A DNA stretch of 64,000 bases, from the NCBI GenBank assembly GCA_965226375.1, contig CBDDCX010000008.1, positions 2,206,798 through 2,270,797 on the forward strand, written 5' to 3'. This document shows positions 39,838 to 50,539 of this stretch, piece after piece. This DNA comes from Longimicrobiales bacterium (lineage in GTDB: Bacteria > Gemmatimonadota > Gemmatimonadetes > Longimicrobiales > Gaopeijiaceae). Each line of letters opens with the position of its first letter. Position 1 is the stretch's first letter. The notes under the pieces were generated by a model that was not told the origin of the DNA, ran no database searches, and saw only the letters and a program-made list of their open reading frames with translations. The translations under genes were made by a program, and so were the position numbers.

Positions 39838-40691
39838 AGCCTGCCTCGATCGAAGGAGATCAGGCATGGCCGGGTCGTCTGCTAGGCGCTGCCAAACCCG
39901 GTCCATCGGCGGTGGATCGGCGAAGTCGCAGGTAAAGGCAGGCGTTTCTTGTGGACACAGGTTGAACACGTTGAACGTGACCTCGGCAGGTAGGTTTTCC
40001 CTAGCGAATAGCCTCAGCCTATGATCCTGCCGATCGTCAAAGGCGGGCCGCCCGGCTCGGAGGTCTTGACTGAAGTACGTGACGACGGCGGACCGAAGCT
40101 CCGCGTCAGTGATCAACCGTAGATTGCCTGTGGTTTCAAGGTCTCGGAACGTGCCGTCCCGTGGCGGTGCATTATTCACGCTCCCCAACCGTGCGACGGC
40201 GATGGCCGGATGGGTCACTCGATCTGACCTTCTACTCGTTGTCGGCCAGTCGCGCCCTCACTCGTCTCGCGCCTGCAACAGCAATCCCTGGATCTCTTCC
40301 GTCCGATCGAGCCATATCCCGAGGGTTCTGAGGCCCGCCAGGAGATCAGCCTGCCTCGATCGAAGGAGATCAGGCAGTCTATGGCAAGGCCGGAGTCTGT
40401 CGGTCGGTGAGTCGTGCCCTCCAGCAAACCAAGGAGAGCCGCAGCCGCACGGGCAGAGGTCTCCCAGTCGAGCAGTTGCTGCTGGAAGATCCGGACGTTT
40501 GCATCGAGGTCGGCTGAAACGCGCTGAAGGTAGTCAGCCTCCGCATCAGCCTCTTGCCTCCCATCCCACCACCTCTCAATCCCAAACGCCATCAGAATCG
40601 AAGCCACGATCACCACGCCCTCCACGAAGACGCGCAGCCAAGGGACCTGACGGTTCAATTCGGCACCCGCTCCTTCACGTCCTCGAACCAA
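39838..40691 (-). pseudogene. Hypothetical membrane-anchored protein, frameshifted or mis-assembled
   Basis: EGVVIVASILMAFGIERWW and TFRDLETTGNLRLITDAELR pieces separated by duplicated scrambled sequence. Confidence 0.55.
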
Positions 40692-43261
40692 TTCAACACC
40701 ACCCGAAACTGTCTCGAGTTCGTTGGGTCACTTCTGATCATCACGAATTGCCCGTCAGGCCTGACCGTCCAGTTGCCGTCCTGGAAGAAGTCGTAGGGGC
40801 TCGAAAAGAGAGTGATCGGCTCACTGAGAACCTCGAACACGGGCGACGTGCGCACGTTCACGGCCATGATGGAGTTGCCGGTCCGGTAGAAGAGTTCGGT
40901 GCCGTCTGCCGACCAAACGGGATCCGTCCCGCCTCCCTGGGACACGAGATGTCGTTCATCCGGTTCGGGGTAGGCGACCGCGTAGACCTCGTTGACGCCG
41001 GTCGCGTCGGAAACGTAGGCGACCCAGTGCCCGTTCAGCGAGATTCTCGGGATAGCCTCCCAGGCGTCGTCCGCGATGAGGTCCTCGACCGTGCCGTCGG
41101 CGATGCTCACCGTGGCAATACGTCCGCTGCCGTGAGCCAGTAGCCGGTTGTCGGGCGTCCACGAGTGGGGGAAGATCCCGATATGATCCGGTCCACCGAT
41201 CGGTACCGCGGGGTTAACGAACGGGTAGTCACGCACCCGCCAATGGGGTGGATTGGTCGAGTTGTAGAAGGCCACCCGACTTCCGTCCGGCGCCCACACC
41301 CCCCATCCATCGTGGTCCTCGGTGGGTTGGCGCTCGGCGATGCCGCGGTCCAGATCCACGATCCAAAGGTCCGAGGGACGTGGATCGACGGTCACTGCAA
41401 GACGAACGCCGTCCCTGGAGAGGCGCGGGAATCGATACCCTCTGGGGTCCACGGCTACGGGCGTTTCCCGCCCGTTACGGTCGACGAGCACGAGTGTCCG
41501 CTCGAAACCACCTCGCACGAACACCAAAGTGCCGTTGTCCGAGACGGCCAGGTTCAGGGCTCCACCGCCGGGACCCCGGAACACGTCCTCGATCGCGGGA
41601 ATCGATGGCCCGTCGAGCTCCAGCCGGTCCAGGTCGAAGGGCACCAAGAGAGCTCTCTCCTGACCGCCGTTATACATCAGGTGACCGGTTGGCAGGTATC
41701 GGGCCTGCCCTCCGGCGAAGACGTATCGATATTCCCCCGAGCGTAAGTCCAAGACCGCGGTACCGCTCCGGACCGTGATCAGGGCCTGTTCGCCGCCGGG
41801 AAGGACGTGAGGCCACAGAGGTCGAGCTCCGACGATGTCGGCCTGATCCTCTCGCCCCCTGACCCCGACGAGGACGCCCGGCAGCGGGTATTCCACGGGC
41901 TCTCCACCGGCCACCGGCACTCTGTACACCGATTCACCCACGCAGTAGAGAATCGTCTGGTCGACTCCCCAGCTCGCGCCGCCGCTGACCCCTTCCGGCA
42001 GCCGAGCTACACGGATCGGTGCTCCGCCCGAAACGGAGACCCTGCGAAGCTCGGATTCCGTGAAGAAGCCGACCCAAGCGCCGTCCGGAGAGAAAAACGG
42101 CTGGCGAGCCCCTTCGGTGCCTGGAAGGGCCTCAAGATCGAAAGAATCCAAATGCCTGAGATACAGCCGTGTCTCGGTACCCTCCTCTCCGATGTAGACC
42201 AGCTTGGATCCGTCGCGAGAGATGTCGAGCGCGTACGTTTGCCCTCCGCGGACTCCGAGGCGTTGGCTCTCAGGAAGGGAGATTTGCATGCGCGTCGTCA
42301 TGCTGGGTGTGGGAGTACGCACCCACCCGAAGACCGCTAGAACGGCAGTCGCCACAGCCGTAGCGGGCCATGCGTAGCGCCTGAGGCTCAAGACCGCGGG
42401 CGGTGACGATCGCCCCGGAAAGGTGAACGAGGGGTCGTTCAGCGCCTCGGCGAATCGGCCAATGGTCGGGAACCTGTCGGCGGACGTCTTCGACAGCGCC
42501 ACATGCAATGCGGCATCTACGTTGCCCGGCACCGCACTGCGCTCAGCGACGACGGACGGAGGCTCGCCCGTGATGATCTTGCCCAGGATCGCTTGCGCCG
42601 TGCTCCCCGTGTACGGCGGCTCACCCACCAGCATCTCGTACAGCACGCACCCGAGGGCGTAGGTGTCGGTGCTCGGCCCGACAGTCTGATCGCCCGTCGC
42701 CTGCTCTGGGCTCATGTAGTGGGGCGTGCCGAGGCTCAGTCCGGTCTCGGTGAGACGACCGCCACCGGCAACGCCGACTGCGAGCGCGATCCCGAAGTCT
42801 GAGATGACAGGTTTGCGCTCGATTAGAAGCACGTTGCCGGGCTTGATGTCCCTGTGGATCACACCCTGTCGGTGTGCGTAGTCGAGTGCCTCAGCGACAT
42901 TCGTCGCGATGCCGACCGCCTCATCCACCGGAAGTTGGTGCTCACGGTCCAGCCTTCCTCGCAGGCTCTCTCCCTCCACATAGGGCGTGACGTAGAAGAG
43001 AAAGCCATCGGCTTCGCCGGAATCATGCAGCGGCAGAATATTGGGGTGCGTCAGGTTGGCCGTCGTCTTGATCTCGGCCAGGAACCGCTCGGCGCCAACG
43101 ACGGCTGCCAACTCGGGCTTCAGAACCTTGAGCGCGACCTTGCGCTCGTGCTTCAGATCGTCGGCCAGGTAGACCGTGGCCATCCCGCCTTCACCCAGCT
43201 CACGCTCGATGGCGTAGCGGCCTTCCAGAGCAGCGTTCAGGCGGGTGACTGGATCGGACAT
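40655..43261 (-). CDS. Hanks-type Ser/Thr kinase with TM helix and TolB-like propeller
   Basis: GEGGMATVY, VALKVL, HRDIKPGN, DFG, GTPHYMSPEQ; SPDG repeats. Confidence 0.93.
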   Translation of the reverse strand: MSDPVTRLNAALEGRYAIERELGEGGMATVYLADDLKHERKVALKVLKPELAAVVGAERFLAEIKTTANLTHPNILPLHDSGEADGFLFYVTPYVEGESLRGRLDREHQLPVDEAVGIATNVAEALDYAHRQGVIHRDIKPGNVLLIERKPVISDFGIALAVGVAGGGRLTETGLSLGTPHYMSPEQATGDQTVGPSTDTYALGCVLYEMLVGEPPYTGSTAQAILGKIITGEPPSVVAERSAVPGNVDAALHVALSKTSADRFPTIGRFAEALNDPSFTFPGRSSPPAVLSLRRYAWPATAVATAVLAVFGWVRTPTPSMTTRMQISLPESQRLGVRGGQTYALDISRDGSKLVYIGEEGTETRLYLRHLDSFDLEALPGTEGARQPFFSPDGAWVGFFTESELRRVSVSGGAPIRVARLPEGVSGGASWGVDQTILYCVGESVYRVPVAGGEPVEYPLPGVLVGVRGREDQADIVGARPLWPHVLPGGEQALITVRSGTAVLDLRSGEYRYVFAGGQARYLPTGHLMYNGGQERALLVPFDLDRLELDGPSIPAIEDVFRGPGGGALNLAVSDNGTLVFVRGGFERTLVLVDRNGRETPVAVDPRGYRFPRLSRDGVRLAVTVDPRPSDLWIVDLDRGIAERQPTEDHDGWGVWAPDGSRVAFYNSTNPPHWRVRDYPFVNPAVPIGGPDHIGIFPHSWTPDNRLLAHGSGRIATVSIADGTVEDLIADDAWEAIPRISLNGHWVAYVSDATGVNEVYAVAYPEPDERHLVSQGGGTDPVWSADGTELFYRTGNSIMAVNVRTSPVFEVLSEPITLFSSPYDFFQDGNWTVRPDGQFVMIRSDPTNSRQFRVVLNWFEDVKERVPN

Positions 43262-45287
43262 CAGTTGGGCACCAGCCGCTTCAACTCCTCGAAGAAGTTG
43301 GTGACCATGATGAGGTTCTGACTTTCCGCAGTTAAGCCTAAGCCGCGGCCCATCAGAAACCGCTGATCGTCCAAAGAAACGTCGTAGAAGTCGGTCCCCT
43401 CATCGTCGTAGTACTCGGGTGGTACCGTGAACAGCGTTTGCTGCTCTACGACCCTGAACCCTGGAGTAGTCTCGATCTGGACGGCGACCAATGCGTTGTT
43501 CGGGTCTAGGAAGAACAGTTCACGGCCACTGTGCGCCCAGACGGGGCGGCGTCCTCCGTCGGTAGAAATCCGGACTCTCGGCGAGTCGACCTCGGGGAAG
43601 GAAAGCACGAACACTTCATGACGGCCTGTCTCCTCTGAACTGTAGGCAAGCCACCGCCCGTCCGGTGAGAGGGCTGGTCCCTGCTCGGCCCACTCGGTCG
43701 CCACAAGCGGGAAGGGCAGGCTATCCACACTCGGGCGAAGAGCCCAGACGTCACGATCTCCTGTGGCCCTCTGAGCCACGGCCCCACTTGTGCGAAGAAC
43801 GAGCCAGTCCCCATCGGGGCTCCACAAGCCTTGTGCGAATGACTGCCCCGCGTCGAGCACGAGTTCTGCATCTCCTGTTCCGTCCACACGCTTGGACCAT
43901 ACCCTGGTGTGGGGCTCGAAGTACATCACAGTCTGACCATCGGGCGTCCACCACGGTACCGCTTCTTGACCCTGGGTGAGCGTGAGACGCTCCAACGGAC
44001 CCTCGGGCAGCTGCTTGATCCAAATGTCGTTGTTTCCCTGAGTCCCAATGCGTAGCGCCACCCTCCTGCCGTCAGGCGAGAGACTCCACCCTGAGTTCCC
44101 ACCGCCGCGATTGAACTGCCAGCCAGCGTCGACCGGGGTCGCCACACCCGAGCGCGTCACCCAAACCAGCTCAGTGTCGGATGCCTCCTCTGACCCCCGG
44201 GTGGAATACAAGAGCGTTCCCGTCTGGGACACAGCGAAGATCGGCCAACCCTGCGCGACCATAAGTCCATCCGCCACCGGGATCGCCGCCCCCGTAACCT
44301 CCAACTTCTCTACATCGAAAGGGGCAGCCAACAGGGTAGCTCCGTCGGCGTCCTTGAACAGCAGGTGACCCGAAGTGCTGTATCGTGGGAACATGCCGGG
44401 CGCGAGGTCATCGACTTCCCCCGTGTCCATATTCAGCACCTTGATTCTGGCATCGAGGCCTCCAGCCAGGCTCTCCGTGTAGACCACGGCGCGGCCCCTT
44501 GGCAGAACATCTACGCCCCAATGCTCCAGGTCTCCAGCGGCAGTGTCCACCTGGGTGACGATCTCGGGCGATCCACCGCCCGAAGGAACGCGACTCAATC
44601 CATAGGCCATGTTGGTGTAATAGACCCACACACCATCGTGACTCCACCGCACGCCGACGTTGCCCCTGACGGAATCGATGAGCGTTCGCGACACACCCCC
44701 TCCTATCGGTACGACGCGAAGCCCTGACGTCGCGATGGCCACTTCTCGACCATCAGGAGAAACCGCCGGGAGGCGAGCCCCGTCAGTATCACGGATCGGA
44801 GTGGCATCCAACGCATCCCACCGTCTTGCCCACAACTGAGAGACGCCATCGCCATCGCCTCTGTAGACCATCAGCGATCCGTCGCTCGAAATGTCGAACA
44901 CCCCTCCGCTGGGACGAAAACCCTGATCGGCGGAGAGCCGCACGGAAATGCGAGTTACGGACGGTGGCGGCTCGGGGCGCAGCAGCGTCCAGCCGAAGCC
45001 AAAGGTAGTCACAGCGGCGAGCGTAGCGAACGCTATCGCAAGCCGCTTCCACGGCCCGCCAGCAGCCCCACCGACCCCGGCCACAACCTCCCCATACCGG
45101 AAGTGCTCATCCCCCAGTGCTCTCACGAAGTCTTGTGCCGACGTGAACCGATCCGCCGGTAGCTTCTCCAGTGCCTTGCGGAGCGCGGCGTCCACGTTTG
45201 CCGGAATCGCCGGACGCTGCTCAGCAGCCGACACCGGCTTGCCCGCGATGATCTTGCCGAGCACGGCCTGGGCCGTGTTACCCGGAT
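43261..45287 (-). pseudogene. Paralogous kinase-propeller gene lacking most of the kinase domain
   Basis: Starts at the IS3 end with PGNTAQAVLGKII..LEKLPADRF; propeller intact. Confidence 0.85.
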
Positions 45288-46854
45288 CGGAACCTGTCAA
45301 CGACAATGGGACACTCTACGGGATTAATTAGAGAGCAATGTCCTGTGTGGTGAGGGAAGGGATGGGAGGATTGATGAAGACGGCCTCCGGGAGCGGTTTG
45401 GGATTCGGCACACCTCTGACGAAGCGTTCGGGATGAGCGGCCCATGCTTCGCGGAGCACGGATTTCCTGCCGGCAATGACCTGATCGGCGTTCCCGAAGT
45501 GGACCTGCTCGGGGGTTAGCATCGAGATGCCGCCATGGCGGTGCTCGGCATTGTACCAGCGGAAGAACGATCGACAGAACGTCTTGGCTTGGCCCTGATC
45601 CCCGAACCGTCCGGGAAACGAGGGATGGTACTTCAAGGTTTTGAACTGAGCCTCGGAAAACGGGTTGTCATCCGACACCTGAGGCCGGCTCAACGAGCGG
45701 GTCACGCCGAGGTCAGCGAGAAGTTGAGCGGTGCATTGGCTCGTCATTGGAGCTCCCCGATCCGAGTGCAGGGTCAGGACCCGGGGCTGGACGCCATGCT
45801 TCAGGCAGCTCTGCTGGATCAACCGGCCGGCCAGGGCCGAGTTCTCCCGGTCCGCCACCATCCAGCCCACGACGTAGCGGCTGTAGATGTCCATGATGAC
45901 GTAGAGGTAGTAATAGCTCCACTTCTTCGGCCCGAGCAGCCGCGTGATATCCCAGGACCACACCTGGTTCGGCGCCGTGGCCATCAACTCGGGCTTCTTG
46001 TACTCGGGATGGGTGCGCTGCGCCCGGCGTTCCTGAACCGGCACCTCGGAGGCCAGAACACGATACATCGTGCGTTCGCTGCACAGGTAGACCTCTTCGT
46101 CGAGCAGCGTGGCCACCACCTCGGCGGGTGAGCGGTCCACGAACCGCTCCGAACACAGCGTGTCGAAGACCTCGCCTCGTTCCGTCTCGCTCAATGCCCG
46201 GGCGGGCGTCGGGCGGGGCTGCTGTTGCCCGGTTGATGGGCCTCGACGACGGTACAACGTCGATCGGGAGACCTCGAGGGCCGCGCACGCCGGTTTTACA
46301 CCGACGTGCTTAGCCAGCTCATCGGCCGCCTTCAAGAGTTTGTCCCGTCGTCGAGGCTTATCCCCAGCAGCCCCGCAACTTTTCCCTGCACGTCGATGAT
46401 CAGGTGTGCCTTCCTGAGCTCATTCCCGAGCCGTGCGTTTCGCCGCTCCAGCTTGCGTACCTTCTCATCCAGCGGATTTCGCTCCGGCTTGCGGCCGCGT
46501 TTCTTCGACAGGGCCTTCAGCGACCCGCTATGCGCCGCCTTGCGCCACGTCGTCAGGTGCGACGAGTACAGGCCCTCTCGCCGCAGGACTTGACCCACCT
46601 CGCCGGGCTCGGTGCACCGGTCCGCTTCTTCGACGATCCGCAGCTTGTACGACGGACTGAACCGCCGCCGTAGCGGCCTATCTACTACCTCCGGGTCCGC
46701 AGGAGCTGCCGCGCTTCGCTTGGCCTCCCCGGTTCCAGGGGCACTACCATTCTCTGCCATTCTCTCTCGCAGTCCCAACATGTTCGTTTTCTCTGCCTTC
46801 GCCCTACTCTAATTCTTTGCGTGCTCCGTGTCTCACGTACGTTGGCAGAGAGGG
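45288..46854 (-). mobile_element. IS3-family element, copy B, intact (orfA 46781-46332, orfB 46335-45328)
   Basis: WSWDIT, LHSDRG, DNPFSEAQFKTLKY DDE motifs; orfA/orfB TTGA overlap. Confidence 0.93.
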
Positions 46855-49507
46855 CTGCGAGATCGACGAGTGCGACGTCGCTGTCGATGAAACGGTTGAT
46901 GCCACCACTTAGGTAGGCAACAGTGAAGAGGACACCCAGACCGTTGGGGAGAGCGTGAGGTAATAGGTGAGCCCTTTCACCTTTAGCGGTATCAACGATC
47001 GTTACCTGTTCAATGGGACCCCCATCCGCTCGCAACCGGACGAGCCCGTCGAGGCTCACCGCGTAGATGTAGCCGTCCGGCCCCCAGCTGAGACTCCCGG
47101 TTGTAGAAAGGAGCCGGATGTCCCCATCTGACTCAGCCACGGTGATAGGACTACCCCCGGCCAGCGAAAGCACCTTTACCGCCGGGGCCGTGAAGGAGAG
47201 TCTCTCTCCGTCCGGGGAGTACGTCTGGTTTCGAGCTCCCTGCGTACCAGGCAGAACCGTGGCCTCAAGCTGGTCGAGGCGTTTCATCCAAAGGGGGTAT
47301 TCCCTTAAGTCCACCGACCCCAAGATATAGTGGTTACCGGGGCTCTGCGGGCCGTTTCCCACGTCCGGTGCCGAGGTAAAGGGCCGAAGCTGGCGTGGGA
47401 GCACACTGAACAGCCTGCTCAAGCAAGCGGTAGAACAACAGGCCGCGAGCCCGGGATGTGCGTCGGTTGAAGCGAAAGGTGAACTCGTCCAGATAGTAGG
47501 GGAGGTGTTCGCGGGCGATCCCTCCTTGGAGGGTTCCGAGGACCCAGCGCTTGAGGAGAGACGCCACCCGATGTACGGCCGACATGAGCACGTGAGCGGG
47601 ATCGCCGGAGGTCGAGAGGTTCGTGACCGTGTGGCGAAAGCCCAGTTTGGCGAGTCCCTGATAGCTTGGCCATCCGTCGGTATGCACCGTGCTTGCCGGT
47701 GCGATGCTATCCTTGACGAAGCCTCGCAGAACCGGAGCGGAGAGGTCGGGCACCCAACGCAGCCGTATTCTCCCGATCTTGCGTCCGTCGACCTCGGCGG
47801 CGATCGCGACGATGGCCTTCTTGATCGTCTCGCGGCCCCGCACTCCAGCCTCCACGCCCCCGACATAGCTCTCGTCCACTTGCACAACGCCGCTCAGCTG
47901 GTCGCGATCCGGTCGGACCATGGCCCGGCGGAGCTTGTGGAGCCAGACCCACGCTGTCTTGTAGCTTCCCAGTCCGAGCACGCGCTGGAGCCCGAGAGCA
48001 TTGGCTCCGTATTTCTGGCTCGTGAGCTCCCAGGCAGCGAGAAACCACAGACGCAGGGGCGAGCGCGTGCGGTGGAACACGGTTCCCGCCAGCACCGAGG
48101 TCTGCCTTCGACAGTGTGGGCAGACGAGACGCCCCCGCGATGCTCGCCAGACCTCTCCCAACCCGCCACAGCCCACGCACACAAACCCTTCCGGCCAGCG
48201 CAGACCCTCCACGTACTCCAGGCATGCCGCATCGTCGGGGAAGAACTCGTCCAACTCCAGCCGCGTACGGGGATAGTCCACGCCGCCACGGAGCTGAGAA
48301 GCCGGAACCGCCATGACCACAACATGTAGTGGGCGGTGGACTTAAGGCAATACCCCATTCATCCAAAGCTGGATGCGCGAGCCAGTTCCCGCGGAGGCAG
48401 CGGCGAAAACGAAACTGGAGCCATCGGGAGCGATCGCGATGTGCGAACCGAACTGATCGGACAAGCTCCGTCCCGCAGGTAACGAGATGCTGTAGCGGCT
48501 AACAGTCTTCGTTGTGGGCCGAAGCCAACCCCACGCGGCAGCAACCAGCGCGAAGATTGCCACAACACCGACCACAGTGAACGGCACGGAGACCGGTCGA
48601 GCGGTAGACTTCTGAGCGGTATCTGAGCCAGATCCCACATAAGGAGGGGCAGGTCGGGTTGTATGCTCGAAGTGGTCGTCTGCGAGCGCCTCCGAAAACT
48701 GAGCGGTCGTCCCAAAACGGTCCGCCGGAAGCTTCTCCAGAGCCCGAGAAAGCGCCGCTCTATGTTGTGGGGCACGGTCCCGCGCACTGTCGTGATCGGG
48801 GGCGCGTCAGAGGTGAGGATTTTGACCAGCACCGCTTGGGCAGTGGATGCCAAGAACGGCGGGTCCCCTGAGAGCATCTCGTAGAGCACACAGCCGAGCG
48901 CATACACGTCGGACTGTGGGTCCACATCCCGGTCGCCCGTCGCCTGTTCGGGGCTCATGTAGTGTGGCGTGCCGAGGCTGAGTCCCGTCTCCGTGATGCG
49001 CCCCGCACCCGCCTGAGCCACGGCCAGGGCGATCCCGAAGTCGGCGACGAGTGGCTCACCCTGCTCGCTCAAAAGGATGTTACCGGGTTTGATGTCGCGA
49101 TGGACCACGCCGTGCCCGTGCGCGTAGTCGAGTGCGCCTGCGACCTTCTGCGTGATCGCCAGTGCGTCGTCCACACCGAGTTGCTTCTCACGGTCGATGC
49201 GTTCCCTGAGTGATTCCCCTTGCACGTAGGGCATCACATAGAACAGGAACGAGTCCGCCTCGCCAGAATCGTGGAGGGGCAGAATATGCGGATGAGTCAG
49301 GTTGGCGGTGACCTCGATCTCAGCGAGGAAGCGTTCGGCCCCGACTACAGCCGCCAGTTCCGGCTTCAAGACCTTGAGAGCCACCTCGCGATTGTGCTTC
49401 AGGTCCTTGGCCAAGTAGACCGTAGCCATCCCGCCCTCGCCCAACTCTCGCTCGATGGTGTAGCGGCCCCCAAGAGCAGCATTGAGTCGTTCGAGAGCAT
49501 CGGACAT
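46855..49507 (-). pseudogene. Third kinase-propeller paralog: frameshift near 48750, IS1595 insertion, truncated by IS3
   Basis: Full kinase motifs 49507-48780; continues ..LW|MKRLDQLEATVLPGT across the IS; ends VDLA at IS3. Confidence 0.85.
47292..48358 (-). mobile_element. IS1595-family element A, copy 3 (transposase 47334-48320)
   Basis: Same IRs and protein; TSD TCATCCAA. Confidence 0.95.
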
Positions 49508-49662
49508 GGGCACTCCGGGATCAGACCGAGGTCAACATCCAAGAGCTTCCCGGTAGGCGCAAGCCGAACGCCGGAGAGTGACCCCTACACGTATAAGCCG
49601 TGCCAGCCCCGGCGGGCGAAGTAGGCCCTGCCCTTCGGTCGGTTGCCGGCTTCAGACATCAC

Positions 49663-49917
49663 TCAGGCCGGACCCCACTCGATGTTGTAACGCTCGTAGG
49701 CATCGCGCACGACTAGCCTTGCCTGCTCGTCGCATAGACGATCTGAGCCATCCTCGTATAAGACGCGGTACTCGAGGTCATAGTTAGGTCCGGACGGCCC
49801 CTTCTCCATACGCCACAAATCACCCACGATCTCGGCGTCTTCGCATTCTGGCGACTGGCGAAGCTCTTCGTTCAGGATCTCCAGCAAGCGCTGCGCTGAG
49901 ACTACTTCACGCTCCAT
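49663..49917 (-). CDS. Small acidic hypothetical protein flanked by direct repeats
   Basis: 84-aa ORF with protein-like composition; ~29-bp repeats at 49633 and 49932. Confidence 0.6.
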   Translation of the reverse strand: MEREVVSAQRLLEILNEELRQSPECEDAEIVGDLWRMEKGPSGPNYDLEYRVLYEDGSDRLCDEQARLVVRDAYERYNIEWGPA

Positions 49918-50019
49918 GACTGTCTTCCGTGCTTCGGACGGTTGCCGGCTTCACCCATCAGCTCCGCGCACCCTAAGGAAGGTCGATTTCACTGCTTAGG
50001 AAAAGGCCGAGCTCGAAGA

Positions 50020-50193
50020 TCAACCTACAAGGATCGCAAAGGCGAGGGGGACCGCCCCAACCACCCCCAACCAGAGAATGACCATCCCAAGAGCCCTTCC
50101 CGTGGATTTCCCGTCCGACTGCCATTGGACCCAGAGAATGTAAGAAGGAACTCCAAAGTAGAAGAGAACGAGCATCCACGTTCTCACGTCCAT
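50020..50193 (-). CDS. 57-aa two-TM protein (not in the ORF track)
   Basis: GGAG RBS; MDVRTWMLVLFYFGVPSYILWVQW...ALGMVILWLGVVGAVPLAFAILVG. Confidence 0.55.
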   Translation of the reverse strand: MDVRTWMLVLFYFGVPSYILWVQWQSDGKSTGRALGMVILWLGVVGAVPLAFAILVG

Positions 50194-50218
50194 GTGCTAC
50201 TCCGGGATCAGACTGTGG

Positions 50219-50386
50219 TCAACATCCGAGAGCGGTCCAGTAGGCGCAAGTAGAAGTGTGTCCAGGGGCTGTTAACGGCGTTCTGAGCGTATCCGATTTT
50301 GCCTTCAGCATCTTCACGGCGGGCTGGGAGCCAGTGGCCACCGTCACCGCCGTGAGGGTCGCGGCCGCGGCAAGTAGTCTTCGCAT
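50219..50386 (-). CDS. 55-aa putative secreted peptide
   Basis: GGAGGTG RBS; MRRLLAAAATLTAVTVATG...CAYWTALGC. Confidence 0.45.
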   Translation of the reverse strand: MRRLLAAAATLTAVTVATGSQPAVKMLKAKSDTLRTPLTAPGHTSTCAYWTALGC

Positions 50387-50539
50387 GAGACTCACCTCCA
50401 TATCGAGAGTCGGTGGGTGTCGAGCCCTACCGACCGTCTTCTGTCGTGTGTAGATGGGGGACGTGCGCGGAAGCGGATCTTGCACACGTATCGATCGTCA
50501 GGCGGAAACCCGACGGTGGGTAGGCAGCGGGAGACCTCG

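Noticed and set aside
46685..47887. 400-aa ORF as a real gene
   Set aside because: Chimera of an IS1595 alternative frame, a kinase propeller fragment and the IS3 end.
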